Origin: a cyanobacterium endosymbiont of Rhopalodia gibba
Lineage (GTDB): Bacteria; Cyanobacteriota; Cyanobacteriia; Cyanobacteriales; Microcystaceae
NCBI GenBank assembly: GCA_045159875.1
Contig: CP067995.1
Span: 576,001-640,000 of the forward strand
Length of the DNA stretch: 64,000 nucleotides
Reading direction: 5' to 3'
Each line of letters starts with the position of its first letter. Positions within the stretch are counted from its first letter, which is position 1. The position numbers were made by a program, and so were the translations under genes. Positions 22,231-32,933 of the stretch are shown one piece after another. Below the pieces are notes generated by a model. That model was not told where the DNA came from and made no database searches. It saw only the letters and a program-made list of their open reading frames with translations.

Positions 22231-22656
22231 TCAACTATTAACTACAATTTCCTCGTCGTCCTCATCTTCGAAGTTCAAAGGTTTAGACTCTTGTTGAAGA
22301 ACTTTGCGTAACCAGGGGGGGGGATTTCCCTTTAGGGTTTTCACCAATTCTGTTAGCAATTCCTCAATAGTTTCTGACTCACTCCTGGCTTTAACTGGGG
22401 TAACATTGCTGCGAATCAATCGAGCCGCTGCACTACCACCAATAGCAGCAACATAGATAATGGTACATCCTTTGAGGGCTTCAAGTTTTGGGTTTATTTT
22501 GTCTTCGTTCCCATCTTCTTTTAAGTCTCCTGAAAATTCTAAAGTTTGGTTAAAACTGAATCCTTCAGGTGTAACATCGTAAACGTCAATTTCCTTTGCC
22601 CAACCAAAATGGGCATTAATATGAACCCTATCACTAGTGGTAAATGCAACTTTCAT
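22231..22656 (-). CDS. nifX: FeMo-co carrier NifX
   Basis: MKVAFTTSD..INAHFGWA, IGGSAAARL, PPPWLRK; ATG 22656 with GAGGAGG RBS. Confidence 0.94.
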   Translation of the reverse strand: MKVAFTTSDRVHINAHFGWAKEIDVYDVTPEGFSFNQTLEFSGDLKEDGNEDKINPKLEALKGCTIIYVAAIGGSAAARLIRSNVTPVKARSESETIEELLTELVKTLKGNPPPWLRKVLQQESKPLNFEDEDDEEIVVNS

Positions 22657-22722
22657 GGTAGTCCTCCTCTTAGAACTAAAAGAAATTAGTGGAAACTTTT
22701 CAAAAGCCATTAAGCAAAGAGA

Positions 22723-24105
22723 TCAATTATGACTTAAGACTGATGGATAATGAGGGGTGTTAGCTTCTTTATTTAACAAAATGTTGCCAACATCGAATAG
22801 AAATCGCATTGTTCCACGATATCCAACTAAACACCGTTGACCATTACCCAATTGATCAAAGACTGGATAGCCCATACGATATAAGGGAGCATTTAAGCGT
22901 TCTGCTAAAGCAGTCCCGTGGGAATTGGTAATGATTAAATCTGACCCAGCTGCCAAATCCTCTAAGTCTTCCAAGTCGCCAATGGTAACGGTACCGATAG
23001 GTAAATCTTCCAAAATTGGGGACTTAGTGGTAGTAACTGCCGCGTAAACCTTAGCACCCATATCATTAAGTAACCAAGCGGTTTGATAGAGTAAGTCTGG
23101 TTCAAGAGCTAAAGCTATCTTTTTACCTCCAAAATAAAAATGGGTATCGAGGATAGTATCTTGAAGTTGACAGCGTTGGCGTTGAAATAACGTAGGGATA
23201 TTAGGAATAATAGGGAAATGGTGGTCGCAGCGAGAAGTAACAATTTGGGACAAACGCCACAAAAAGCCATCAACTGCTTCTAGACCAGCTAAACGAGGAA
23301 ACACCTCATATTTTGTCCCGAAACGTTCCTCTAATATTTTAGCTGCTCCGCGCATACTTTCCCCAACTGCTAGGGTAAAACTTGAACGGGGCAATGACCT
23401 TAATTGAGCAACCGTTGTTCCCCCTCCAGTAATAGTTTGGTATCCATCTTCAAGATGTCCATCAAGAGATCTCGATAAATCGGGAATAGCTAAAGGGGTT
23501 AAGCCAAATGCTTCAACAATTTCCTTGATTTCTTCCATATCTCCTGGAGAGACAAAAGAACCGGGCAAAATATTGACTTGAGGTTGAGGATAAACTACCG
23601 AACTGAGAGAGGATTCCCCAGGAAAGGAATTATAGTCCAAGGCGACAATTTGCTCTACCGCAGAGGCAAAACCATCTTGTAAAGAGCCGCTATAATCCGG
23701 GGTAGAAACATAAACAATGGGCAAACTGTCCAGTTCCGGGTGACGTTCCCGAATAGTTTTGAGAATACGCTTCATATCATCCCCGCGCGTCTCTGTTAGC
23801 CCCGTGGTGAGCAACCCAATAATATCAGGGCTATTGTTCTCAACAATGGTCAAAATAGCCTGTTCAACGTTTTCCTCGCCCCCTAAGATAGTCGTTACCT
23901 CGGTCATAGCGGTGGTTGATAGGGGAATAGCTTCACGAAAATGACGTACCAGGACAACTTTGGCAAACGCGGTACAGCCTTGAGCCCCGTGAAATAAAGG
24001 CATCATTCCCTTTAATCCCAAAAATGCCAAGGAAGCGCCCAATGGTTGACTCATTTTAAGGGGGTTGACAGACAGAGATTTGTTTGCACTAACAACAGTT
24101 GTCAT
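22723..24105 (-). CDS. nifN: FeMo-co scaffold NifN
   Basis: NPLKMSQPLGA, HGAQGCTAFAKVVLVRHFREAIPL. Confidence 0.96.
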   Translation of the reverse strand: MTTVVSANKSLSVNPLKMSQPLGASLAFLGLKGMMPLFHGAQGCTAFAKVVLVRHFREAIPLSTTAMTEVTTILGGEENVEQAILTIVENNSPDIIGLLTTGLTETRGDDMKRILKTIRERHPELDSLPIVYVSTPDYSGSLQDGFASAVEQIVALDYNSFPGESSLSSVVYPQPQVNILPGSFVSPGDMEEIKEIVEAFGLTPLAIPDLSRSLDGHLEDGYQTITGGGTTVAQLRSLPRSSFTLAVGESMRGAAKILEERFGTKYEVFPRLAGLEAVDGFLWRLSQIVTSRCDHHFPIIPNIPTLFQRQRCQLQDTILDTHFYFGGKKIALALEPDLLYQTAWLLNDMGAKVYAAVTTTKSPILEDLPIGTVTIGDLEDLEDLAAGSDLIITNSHGTALAERLNAPLYRMGYPVFDQLGNGQRCLVGYRGTMRFLFDVGNILLNKEANTPHYPSVLSHN

Positions 24106-24174
24106 TTTAGTTAAAAGTTAAGCATGTGATAGTTAAATGTTGGTTGATGGTTGGTAGTTACTAACTGGAGAACT

Positions 24175-25608
24175 TTACCATTTACTACTTCCTATTCCGC
24201 TCGCTTCTAGATTTAGTAAGTCTTCGTGTTCCTGCTGCCAAATTTCCCAGGGAGCCGGTTTACGAACCTGTTGCCAAATAGGACTGTGCACTGCTTCGTC
24301 TAATTCCCTAGCCATTTCAATCATTCCTACATAGCCGGCATAGGGATGATGACGTTCTTGGTTAATATCTAAGAAGGGAATCCTCGCTTTGAGTGCAGTA
24401 TATTGATTGCGCCCCCCTGCTACCAATAAATCTGCTTTCGTCTGTTCTATAACCTGTAATAGCTCCGTTGCATTACCCTTTTCAAGCATAATACCGTCTT
24501 TGCCTAAAAGTTTCTTAATCTTTGCCTTATCTTCCTCTGTACTCTTCTTAGTGCTGGTCGCCACTACTTCTATTCCTAAATCTTGTGCTGCAGAGACAAT
24601 GGACCAACTTTTGACTCCTCCAGTGTAGAGAACCATTCGCTTACCCTTAAGGCGATTACGATAAGGGACTAATGCTTTATCTAACTGCTCAGTTTCAGTT
24701 TTAATCAATTCTTCAACCCGTTGTTGCAAAGCAAGGTCACCCAATTTTGCGGCAATATTACGTAAACAACGATTCATGTCTGCAATGCCGTAAAATGACT
24801 CTTCAATGTAAGGAATGCCGTAACGTTCCTCCATTGCTGTTGCCATGTTAATTAAAGCTTTGGAGCAAATCATTACATTGAGTTTAGCGCGATGGGAATA
24901 ACACACTTCTTCATAACGCGCATCCCCTGTGATCTTTGCCATCACTCGAATACCGACTTTCTCAAACAGAGGCAAAACACCCCACATTTCTCCGGCGACG
25001 TTATATTCTCCAATTAAATTGATATCATAATCAGTAGTATATTCCGGCTCACGTGTTCCGACAACGTATTGCAACAATGCCTCTCCACCGAGGCGATTCC
25101 CTAGGTTTTTACTACCCACAAAACCAGGAGAATGAACAGGAATAACAGGAGTTTTATACTTAGCGGTAGCGGCTTTGCAAACTGCATCCAAATCATCCCC
25201 AATTAAAGCAGTAACACATGTAGAATAGACAAAAACAGCTGCTGGATTATAGCGTTTTACCAATCTAGTGATCGCCTTATAAAGCTTTTTTTCACCCCCA
25301 AAAATAACATCATTTTCTGATATGTCGGTGGTAAATCCCATTTTATAGGTTATAGGTCCACTGCTGAGACTGCCACGACTATTCCAACTATTACCCGAAC
25401 AAGCAATAGAACCGTGAACCAAATGAGCCGCATCTGTGATAGGAACTAGAGCGATAGACGCTCCGTCGAAGGCACAACCTCCCTGAGCCGCCCCAGGTTT
25501 AGCTTGTTGTTTACAGGACTTATTTTTTTCTTGACCTTCCTTGTTATGGTTATGTTCACAACCAGGTTGGGTGAGTAGTTCCGAGATTTTGCCTTTCGTG
25601 AGTTTCAT
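24175..25608 (-). CDS. nifE: FeMo-co scaffold NifE
   Basis: AQGGCAFDGA, YTGGVKSWS, DINQERHHPYAGY. Confidence 0.96.
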   Translation of the reverse strand: MKLTKGKISELLTQPGCEHNHNKEGQEKNKSCKQQAKPGAAQGGCAFDGASIALVPITDAAHLVHGSIACSGNSWNSRGSLSSGPITYKMGFTTDISENDVIFGGEKKLYKAITRLVKRYNPAAVFVYSTCVTALIGDDLDAVCKAATAKYKTPVIPVHSPGFVGSKNLGNRLGGEALLQYVVGTREPEYTTDYDINLIGEYNVAGEMWGVLPLFEKVGIRVMAKITGDARYEEVCYSHRAKLNVMICSKALINMATAMEERYGIPYIEESFYGIADMNRCLRNIAAKLGDLALQQRVEELIKTETEQLDKALVPYRNRLKGKRMVLYTGGVKSWSIVSAAQDLGIEVVATSTKKSTEEDKAKIKKLLGKDGIMLEKGNATELLQVIEQTKADLLVAGGRNQYTALKARIPFLDINQERHHPYAGYVGMIEMARELDEAVHSPIWQQVRKPAPWEIWQQEHEDLLNLEASGIGSSKW

Positions 25609-25698
25609 GTTAATTGCCGGCTATTCTTGTTACCAATGACTAATCTTAGTATAAGAGTGGGTGAGGATGAAATCGAGCTGCTGCTTTTTGCCTTCTCA

Positions 25699-25945
25699 CT
25701 AAAAAACACATTCATTTGCATCTTCACCACAGACATCGGAAAGATAGGTGAGAGCTCTGATGTGTAACGTCATAAATTCTATTTAGGTTTGAGTTTGTAC
25801 AACAAAGGGATACGAAGCTGAATATGTCCAGATATAAAAATACCCCGTTTAAAGGAACAGGCATAGGAAACCAACCCATAGTATGAGTAATTTCAGCCTG
25901 TCTGACTTTTACTAACTTCATCCAACGCCTCAGAGTACACAAAAA
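25699..25945 (-). pseudogene. Pseudogene of Mo-dependent nitrogenase C-terminal domain protein
   Basis: Three frames give LRRWMKLVKV..EITH, ACSFKRGIFISGHIQLRIPLLYKLKP* and LHIRALTYLSDVCGED, matching the family pattern CPFERDI..HIPPLCKLNP..RFRALCYL.D.CGED. Confidence 0.75.
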
Positions 25946-26010
25946 ACCGAACCTAAGGTTTGTTAAAAGTAAAAAATGGGTTTGAGTTACCGTAATTTAC
26001 CCCCATATCT

Positions 26011-26086
26011 ATCTGAAAAAGGGAGGGGAGGGGAGAGGGGGAGTGATTACTCCCTGAATCTTCCTAATTCTCCCTTGTTTTCAGAT
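26011..26086 (-). terminator. Long imperfect stem-loop 3' of nifK
   Basis: atctgaaaa..gggag..gggagt gatt actccc..ctccc..ttttcagat. Confidence 0.65.
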
Positions 26087-26096
26087 TTCTCTGTGA

Positions 26097-27632
26097 TTAA
26101 CGAACTAAATCGAAAGAAATATCCGTCACAGAAGGAGTATCAGTCTTACGATCTAACGCTTCAAGAACCCCATTAGCAATCCAGTTGAGTAGGTTGATAG
26201 CACCTTCATACCCAATGGTGGAATAGCGATGTAAATGGTGGCGATCAAAGATAGGATATCCGATACGGATTAAAGGAGTCTTTGTATCACGCTCAAGATA
26301 CTTAGCGTAGGAATTACCAATTAAGAAATCAACAGGTTCAGTGAACAGTAAAGAACGAAGATGCCACAAGTCCTTACCACCCCAAACGGTAGCCTGTTGT
26401 CCGAAGGGACTAGATGCTAGAAGAGCTTTAGCTGCAATTTCAAATTCCTTGGTACTATTATGAACCAAGACATGAACAGGCTCGATACCCATTTCTAACA
26501 TGAACTGTAATAAGCCCATCACTAAATCAGGATCTCCGTAAACTGCAGCACGCTTACCGTGTACCCAAGATTGGGTATCGGTCATTGCGTCAACCGCACG
26601 TCCACGAGCGATTTCAAGTTCTTTGGGGATAGGATTTCCGGTAAGTTCGGATAAGCCCATCAAGAACTTATCAGTACCTTTAATACCCCAAGGAAGATAG
26701 GTAAAGCACTTTTGCTTCCACTCTTTCTCAATATATTCAAGAGTCTTAGGAGTGGTATAGGTTTGAAGAGCAATAGTTGCTTCAGCGTTAATGGCGTCAG
26801 CAGCGACCTCTAAAGGTGTTCCTTCTTGATACATCTTGAACTCCCCTAAGTTGGGAGAATCAAGATACATTTCTGTGTCACCTAGGATAGCAGCATTAAC
26901 TCCCATGGCAGCCGTCAAGCTTTTAAGTTGACGAAGGTTCCCCATATAGGTCTCAAACCCAGGGATGAAGTTGATGGTTCCGTTGGTAGTTCCTTTTTTC
27001 TTACCTGCAGTTAAGGTGGAGAGGATAGATTTCATCATGCTGTCATAACCGGTGATGTGGGAACCCACAAAACTGGGAGTATGAGCGTAAGGCACGGGAA
27101 AATCTGCAGGGATGGAACCATCCTGACGAGCAGTTTCTACGAATGCACCCAAGTCATCCCCAATTACTTCTGCCATACAAGTAGTACAGACAGCAATCAT
27201 TTTGGGCTTATAAAGGGTGTAAGCGTTCAGCAAACCTTCAATCATGTTTTTTAATCCACCGAAAACAGCAGCGTTTTCAGTCATGGAAGAAGAAACAGCA
27301 CTAACAGGCTCCTTGAAGTGACGGGTTAAGTGGGTACGGAAGTAAGCCACACACCCCTGAGAACCATGAACGAAAGGAAGAGTTCCTTCAAAACCGACGG
27401 CGGCTAATAAAGCACCAAGAGGTTGGCAAGCTTTAGCGGGGTTGATGGTTAGAGCTTCACGAGCAAAGTTCTTCTCGCGGTATTCCCAGGTTTTTGTCCA
27501 CTCAGCAATTTCTTGAACCTTCTCAGCAGAAGGCATTCCTTCAAACTGTTTCTTATTTTCAAACAGTTCTTGATACTCAGGCTGGTGGAATAGATCAACG
27601 TGATCCTTAATGTTATCTACATTCTGAGCCAT
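26097..27632 (-). CDS. nifK: Nitrogenase MoFe protein beta subunit
   Basis: NPAKACQPLGA, HGSQGCVAYFR, CTTCMAEVIGDD, FDLVR C-terminus; start ATG 27632 (MAQN). Confidence 0.98.
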   Translation of the reverse strand: MAQNVDNIKDHVDLFHQPEYQELFENKKQFEGMPSAEKVQEIAEWTKTWEYREKNFAREALTINPAKACQPLGALLAAVGFEGTLPFVHGSQGCVAYFRTHLTRHFKEPVSAVSSSMTENAAVFGGLKNMIEGLLNAYTLYKPKMIAVCTTCMAEVIGDDLGAFVETARQDGSIPADFPVPYAHTPSFVGSHITGYDSMMKSILSTLTAGKKKGTTNGTINFIPGFETYMGNLRQLKSLTAAMGVNAAILGDTEMYLDSPNLGEFKMYQEGTPLEVAADAINAEATIALQTYTTPKTLEYIEKEWKQKCFTYLPWGIKGTDKFLMGLSELTGNPIPKELEIARGRAVDAMTDTQSWVHGKRAAVYGDPDLVMGLLQFMLEMGIEPVHVLVHNSTKEFEIAAKALLASSPFGQQATVWGGKDLWHLRSLLFTEPVDFLIGNSYAKYLERDTKTPLIRIGYPIFDRHHLHRYSTIGYEGAINLLNWIANGVLEALDRKTDTPSVTDISFDLVR

Positions 27633-27782
27633 TTTGTTTGGTAACTCCTGTATGGATAGGGTTGAATATCGATCAATTGGCACGTTTCCAAAGAGAGGGG
27701 GGCGTTGGGAAGGTATGGAATAAAACATTCTATTCTTACTCTCTTTTGTTTTCCTTAGTCCCCCGTGTCTTTTTTTATCCCT

Positions 27783-29219
27783 CTATTTATTCCAAGGGGT
27801 GCCAACTAATCCCCAAGTGGGACTGTTAAGGGCTAAGTCCATGTCACGGGCGAAGATAGCGAAGCCATCATAACCGTGGTAAGGTCCTGAATAATCCCAA
27901 GAGTGCATTTGACGGAAGGGAAGAGCCATCTTTTGGAAGACATACTTCTCTTTAACCCCAGAGGCCACTAAATCAGGCTTAAGTTTTTTGACGAATTCTT
28001 CGAATTCATAGGCGGTCGCATCATCGTAGATGAGGGTCGCATCATCAACATACTTAGTTGTACGTTTGTAGTCATCACCGTGGGCGAACTCATACCCAGT
28101 TCCGATCATCTTCATCCCTAAGTCTTGGAAAGCGGGAACAACGTGACGAGGACGTAGTCCACCAACCATCATCATGACAGTTTTACCTTCTAAACGAGGA
28201 CGGTATTTTGCCAGAACGTCATCACACTGTTTTTGGTACTTTTTGATAACTTCTTCAGCTTTCGCCTGAATATTCTCATCAAAACGTTCAGCAATGGTGC
28301 GTAAAGACTCAGCAATCTTTGTAGGTCCAAAGAAGTTATATTCCAACCAAGGAATACCGTATTTTTCTTCCATGTGACGACTAATGTAGTTCATGGAACG
28401 GTAGCAGTGGATAAGATTTAACTTAACCTTGGGGGTGACTTTCATTTCAGTGAAAGTACCATCACCAGACCACTGAGCTACAACGCGGAGTCCGATTTCT
28501 TCAAGAAGAATACGGCTAGACCAAGCATCTCCACCAATGTTGTAGTCACCAATGATGGCAACGTCATAAGGAGTGCTTTCAAATTCTGCGTTTTCTTTGT
28601 CCGCAGCGGGGAAAACCCAGTCACGGATCATGTCGTTAGCGATGTGGTGTCCTAAGGATTGAGAAACCCCACGGAACCCTTCACAACGAACGGGAACAAC
28701 GGATTTTCCGATTTCTTTACTCTTAGTACGAGCGACAGATTCAATGTCATCTCCGATTAATCCAACGGGACATTCTGACTGAATAGAAATACCACCATTG
28801 AGGGGAAATAACTCTTCTATTTCATCAACGATTTTGCCGAGCTTTTTGTCTCCACCAAAAACGATATCCCGTTCTTGGAAATCAGAGGTAAAGTTCATCG
28901 TGCCGAAGGTATCAATTCCGGTAGTTCCGATGTAGTAGTTACGACGACCAGACCAGGAATAGTAACCACAACCAACGGGACCGTGGGAGATGTGGATCAT
29001 ATCCTTGATAGGACCCCAAACCACCCCTTTTGATCCAGCGTAAGCACAACCACGAGTGGTCATTACACCGGGTAGGGATTGTTTGTTGGACTTTACTCCA
29101 CAATCGTCTTTACCTTCTTCGTAAACGTTGAGGTGTTTCTCACGTTTTTTGGCGGTTTTCTCAGGATATGTCGCTAAGACATCTTTAATGAGCTTCTTAT
29201 TCTCTTCTACTGTTGCCAT
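27783..29219 (-). CDS. nifD: Nitrogenase MoFe protein alpha subunit (uninterrupted)
   Basis: [30 protein letters not shown]. Confidence 0.98.
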   Translation of the reverse strand: MATVEENKKLIKDVLATYPEKTAKKREKHLNVYEEGKDDCGVKSNKQSLPGVMTTRGCAYAGSKGVVWGPIKDMIHISHGPVGCGYYSWSGRRNYYIGTTGIDTFGTMNFTSDFQERDIVFGGDKKLGKIVDEIEELFPLNGGISIQSECPVGLIGDDIESVARTKSKEIGKSVVPVRCEGFRGVSQSLGHHIANDMIRDWVFPAADKENAEFESTPYDVAIIGDYNIGGDAWSSRILLEEIGLRVVAQWSGDGTFTEMKVTPKVKLNLIHCYRSMNYISRHMEEKYGIPWLEYNFFGPTKIAESLRTIAERFDENIQAKAEEVIKKYQKQCDDVLAKYRPRLEGKTVMMMVGGLRPRHVVPAFQDLGMKMIGTGYEFAHGDDYKRTTKYVDDATLIYDDATAYEFEEFVKKLKPDLVASGVKEKYVFQKMALPFRQMHSWDYSGPYHGYDGFAIFARDMDLALNSPTWGLVGTPWNK

Positions 29220-29390
29220 GATGTTCCTCTTCTGTAGAGTCGTAGATTATTAGGAATCATCGAAAAAAGAGGGAAGGCAAAAGGATCAATTGTGAACTAA
29301 TAGTTAATAGTTGTTTATTGTTTCCCTAATGACTATTTTCTATCCACTTTTGCCTTGGTGTTCCTCTATTCCGACTAAGCGAGACTAAGC

Positions 29391-30299
<909 letters not shown>

Positions 30300-30708
30300 C
30301 TAGGGAAGTTTTAACCGTTTCTGACGTAAGAACGGCTCGCCAACTGAGCGTTAGCAGTGGGATGTCCCATCGAACCTTCAATCTCTACGTCAGGTCTGGG
30401 ATTTCTTCCACATAGAAGCTAACTCTTGGTTAAGAAAAGCTTCCCCCGAGAAGAGCAAAAGCTATAAAACTTCACTCACGAGGTGGCGTTTTAGAGAGTT
30501 AAACCAAACCTAGTCATGGTTGTGTCATGAGCAAGTAGATAAACTATACTCGTTAACATCCTTGATAGTGGGCTATCTCTAAACGTCCGGCGAGAAGCGA
30601 TGCCTATGGTGGAGATCGCTCTCGACCTTTTTTAATTAATAACATGGGCTTTGGGTATTTGATACTAAATAAGTGAATAATTGACAGTTTGTTCTATTTA
30701 CCAAGTTG

Positions 30709-31041
30709 TTATACAAAAACGACGATTAATTCTGGAGAAATACGATCACGCAATCTGGACTCGATTACATTTTTTATGGTGGCCGCACTGCTCATAAAAG
30801 AACTGCAGGCTCCTTTGAGGGTGACTTTATTAAATAAGTCTACATCTCCTCCATCTTGTGCTGGGGCTGGCTTAACTTCTTCTTTAAGAATCTTTTGAAT
30901 AAAGGTAATTTTTTGCAGATTTATTAAAAATGTGGTAGCGGCAACTTTGGACTTGGATCTGGCAACGCCTGTTGCTGTTTCTACTGCTATGGTTTCTTCT
31001 TGCACAATTTCAGTTAGAATGCTATCTATATAGTCCCACAT
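30709..31041 (-). pseudogene. nifU: Collapsed nifU (large in-frame internal deletion)
   Basis: NifU start MWDY joined directly to linker + Nfu domain (EEVKP..QDGGDVDL..LKGACSSF); only 110 aa; located between nifS and nifH. Confidence 0.85.
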
Positions 31042-31115
31042 TGTCTTTTCCTGCATGAATCGTTGATATTTGTTGCTACTAATGATGAGTTAATAGCCAT
31101 TTTTCTAAATATTCA

Positions 31116-32318
31116 CTATTTAACCAAGGCTGTCTGTTTTCGTTCGATGAGCCAACCGACATCATCGTTAGTGGGCGCAGACAAGGCACGGAGGCGATCA
31201 ATAATTCCCGGCAGTACTTCAAGCACCTTCTGGACTTGATCATGAGTGGTAAAACGAGACAAACTAAAGCGAATGGAGCCGTGAAGCAACGCATAGGGAA
31301 GTCCCATTGCTCGCAATACATGAGACGGTTCTAAAGATCCGGAGGTGCAAGCAGAACCAGAGGATGCATAAATCCCATGTTGATTTAGGGATAAGAGAAT
31401 AGCTTCTCCTTCGACGAATTTAAAGCCAATATTTGAGGTATTGGGAAGCCTTTGCACGGCATGACCATTAAGTACGGTATCAGAAATAGTTGTTAGTATA
31501 GTTTGTTCTAAATAATCTCGTAATCCCTTTTCCCTGGTTTCCATAATCAGATAAGACTCAGCTAACTCAGCTGCTTTTCCTAGGGCGACAATACCAGGGA
31601 CGTTTTCAGTTCCTCCACGACGACCTCTTTCCTGGTGTCCACCAATCAGTAAAGGGCTAAATCTTGTACCACGACGCACGTATAGAGCACCAATTCCTTT
31701 GGGAGCATGAATTTTATGACCAGAAAGGGTCAACATATCAATGGTGCTTTCCTTCATGTTGAGAGGTATTTTTCCTACTGCCTGCACCGCATCAACGTGA
31801 AACATTGCTCCGTATTTTTTAGCCAGTTGCCCAACTTGTTCTATGGGAAAAATAACGCCGGTTTCATTGTTAGCATACATTAGAGTAACTAACGCTGTAT
31901 TCTGGGTTAAAGATGCCTCAAACTCTGAAATATCTAACTGCCCTTGATCATTAACAGATAGGTAAGTGACAGTATAGTTTTTACCTTCTAAATTCTTGCA
32001 GAGGTTAAGAACTGCAGGATGTTCGACTTTACTGGTGATGATATGACGTTTGTTGGGTTGAGCGAAAAGAGCAGCATGAATGGCGGTATTATCTCCTTCA
32101 GTTCCACAACTAGTAAAAACAATCTCAGAAGGTTCCGCACCTAACAAGGAAGCAACTTGTTCTCTACTAGTTTTAACCGCAAGCCCTACCTGCCCACCAA
32201 AGGTGTGCATACTAGAGGGGTTACCGTAATAGAGGGTTAGATAGGGCAGCATAGCTGCAAGAACTTCTTCGTGAACTTGTGTAGTAGCGTTATTGTCGAG
32301 ATATACACAGTCTTTCAT
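31116..32318 (-). CDS. nifS: Cysteine desulfurase NifS
   Basis: YLDNNATT, GNPSSMH, SGHKIHAPKG (PLP Lys), SSGSACTSGSLEPSHVL (catalytic Cys). Confidence 0.96.
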   Translation of the reverse strand: MKDCVYLDNNATTQVHEEVLAAMLPYLTLYYGNPSSMHTFGGQVGLAVKTSREQVASLLGAEPSEIVFTSCGTEGDNTAIHAALFAQPNKRHIITSKVEHPAVLNLCKNLEGKNYTVTYLSVNDQGQLDISEFEASLTQNTALVTLMYANNETGVIFPIEQVGQLAKKYGAMFHVDAVQAVGKIPLNMKESTIDMLTLSGHKIHAPKGIGALYVRRGTRFSPLLIGGHQERGRRGGTENVPGIVALGKAAELAESYLIMETREKGLRDYLEQTILTTISDTVLNGHAVQRLPNTSNIGFKFVEGEAILLSLNQHGIYASSGSACTSGSLEPSHVLRAMGLPYALLHGSIRFSLSRFTTHDQVQKVLEVLPGIIDRLRALSAPTNDDVGWLIERKQTALVK

Positions 32319-32419
32319 CGCAGGGTACCCATAAATAAATTCCGTGATAGAGCAACTAACAGTTAAGTCAAAGGCAGGAGACAGACGTTAAAATCTCAAT
32401 CAAATCCTGATCGCGCTTT

Positions 32420-32713
32420 GGAATAAGAAGAAAGCTAATTTTTGTGAATAGACGTTTAACCAGTGTTTCCAATAGGGCTGACCTTGGTTTGGTTTTGAGG
32501 CATCTTAATGAAGTTTGGTAACGACTGAACTAGTTCTCCTAATAATCAGCCGATGGCTGGACCGAAGCTAAAGGAGAGCAATGGTTACAAGTGGTAGGTT
32601 ACAAGTGGTAGCGTCAATGAGCAAGACATCTTTATTATAGCATTAGTGGGACATCTAACACTACAGCGATGATAGACAATACATTCAGATGTTGATGTTA
32701 TGGCGTAACTCAT
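32420..32713 (-). pseudogene. fdxN: fdxN-like ferredoxin pseudogene
   Basis: MSYAITSTSECIVYHRCSVRCPTNAI (one Cys replaced by Tyr), frameshifts, tandem duplications; Trp-rich tail DY*EN*FSRY..YWKHWLNVYSQKL. Confidence 0.8.
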
Positions 32714-32738
32714 GACACTACCCTTGTTCAATTCAGGT

Positions 32739-32930
32739 TTACTGGCTGCTGCCTAAATTGGGTAAACAGCTATAATCTTGGGAAAATCCCGCACAGGGGG
32801 GAATACTGTGGTCATCGACGCAACTATAACAGGTATTTTGAGCGTCATTGTCGGGCTGATGACCTATAGAAATAGAAGTTGCTGGGAAAACGGTAGAAGC
32901 TTTCACAGGAGTGATAATAATAGAATTCAT
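32739..32930 (-). pseudogene. Second degenerate 4Fe-4S ferredoxin-like ORF
   Basis: Retains CYSCVDDHSIPPCA..CLP (second-cluster-like motif); first CxxCxxCxxxCP motif is missing. Confidence 0.55.
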
Positions 32931-32933
32931 TAT

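Noticed and set aside
24108..24170. Degenerate heptamer-like repeats between nifE and nifN (also about 20137-20167)
   Set aside because: Too degenerate to define; ordinary cyanobacterial intergenic STRR relics
27633..27728. N-terminal extensions of nifK (also ndhC, ndhK, nifX, nifH, panC-cmk)
   Set aside because: Artefacts of longest-ORF calling; canonical starts lie downstream
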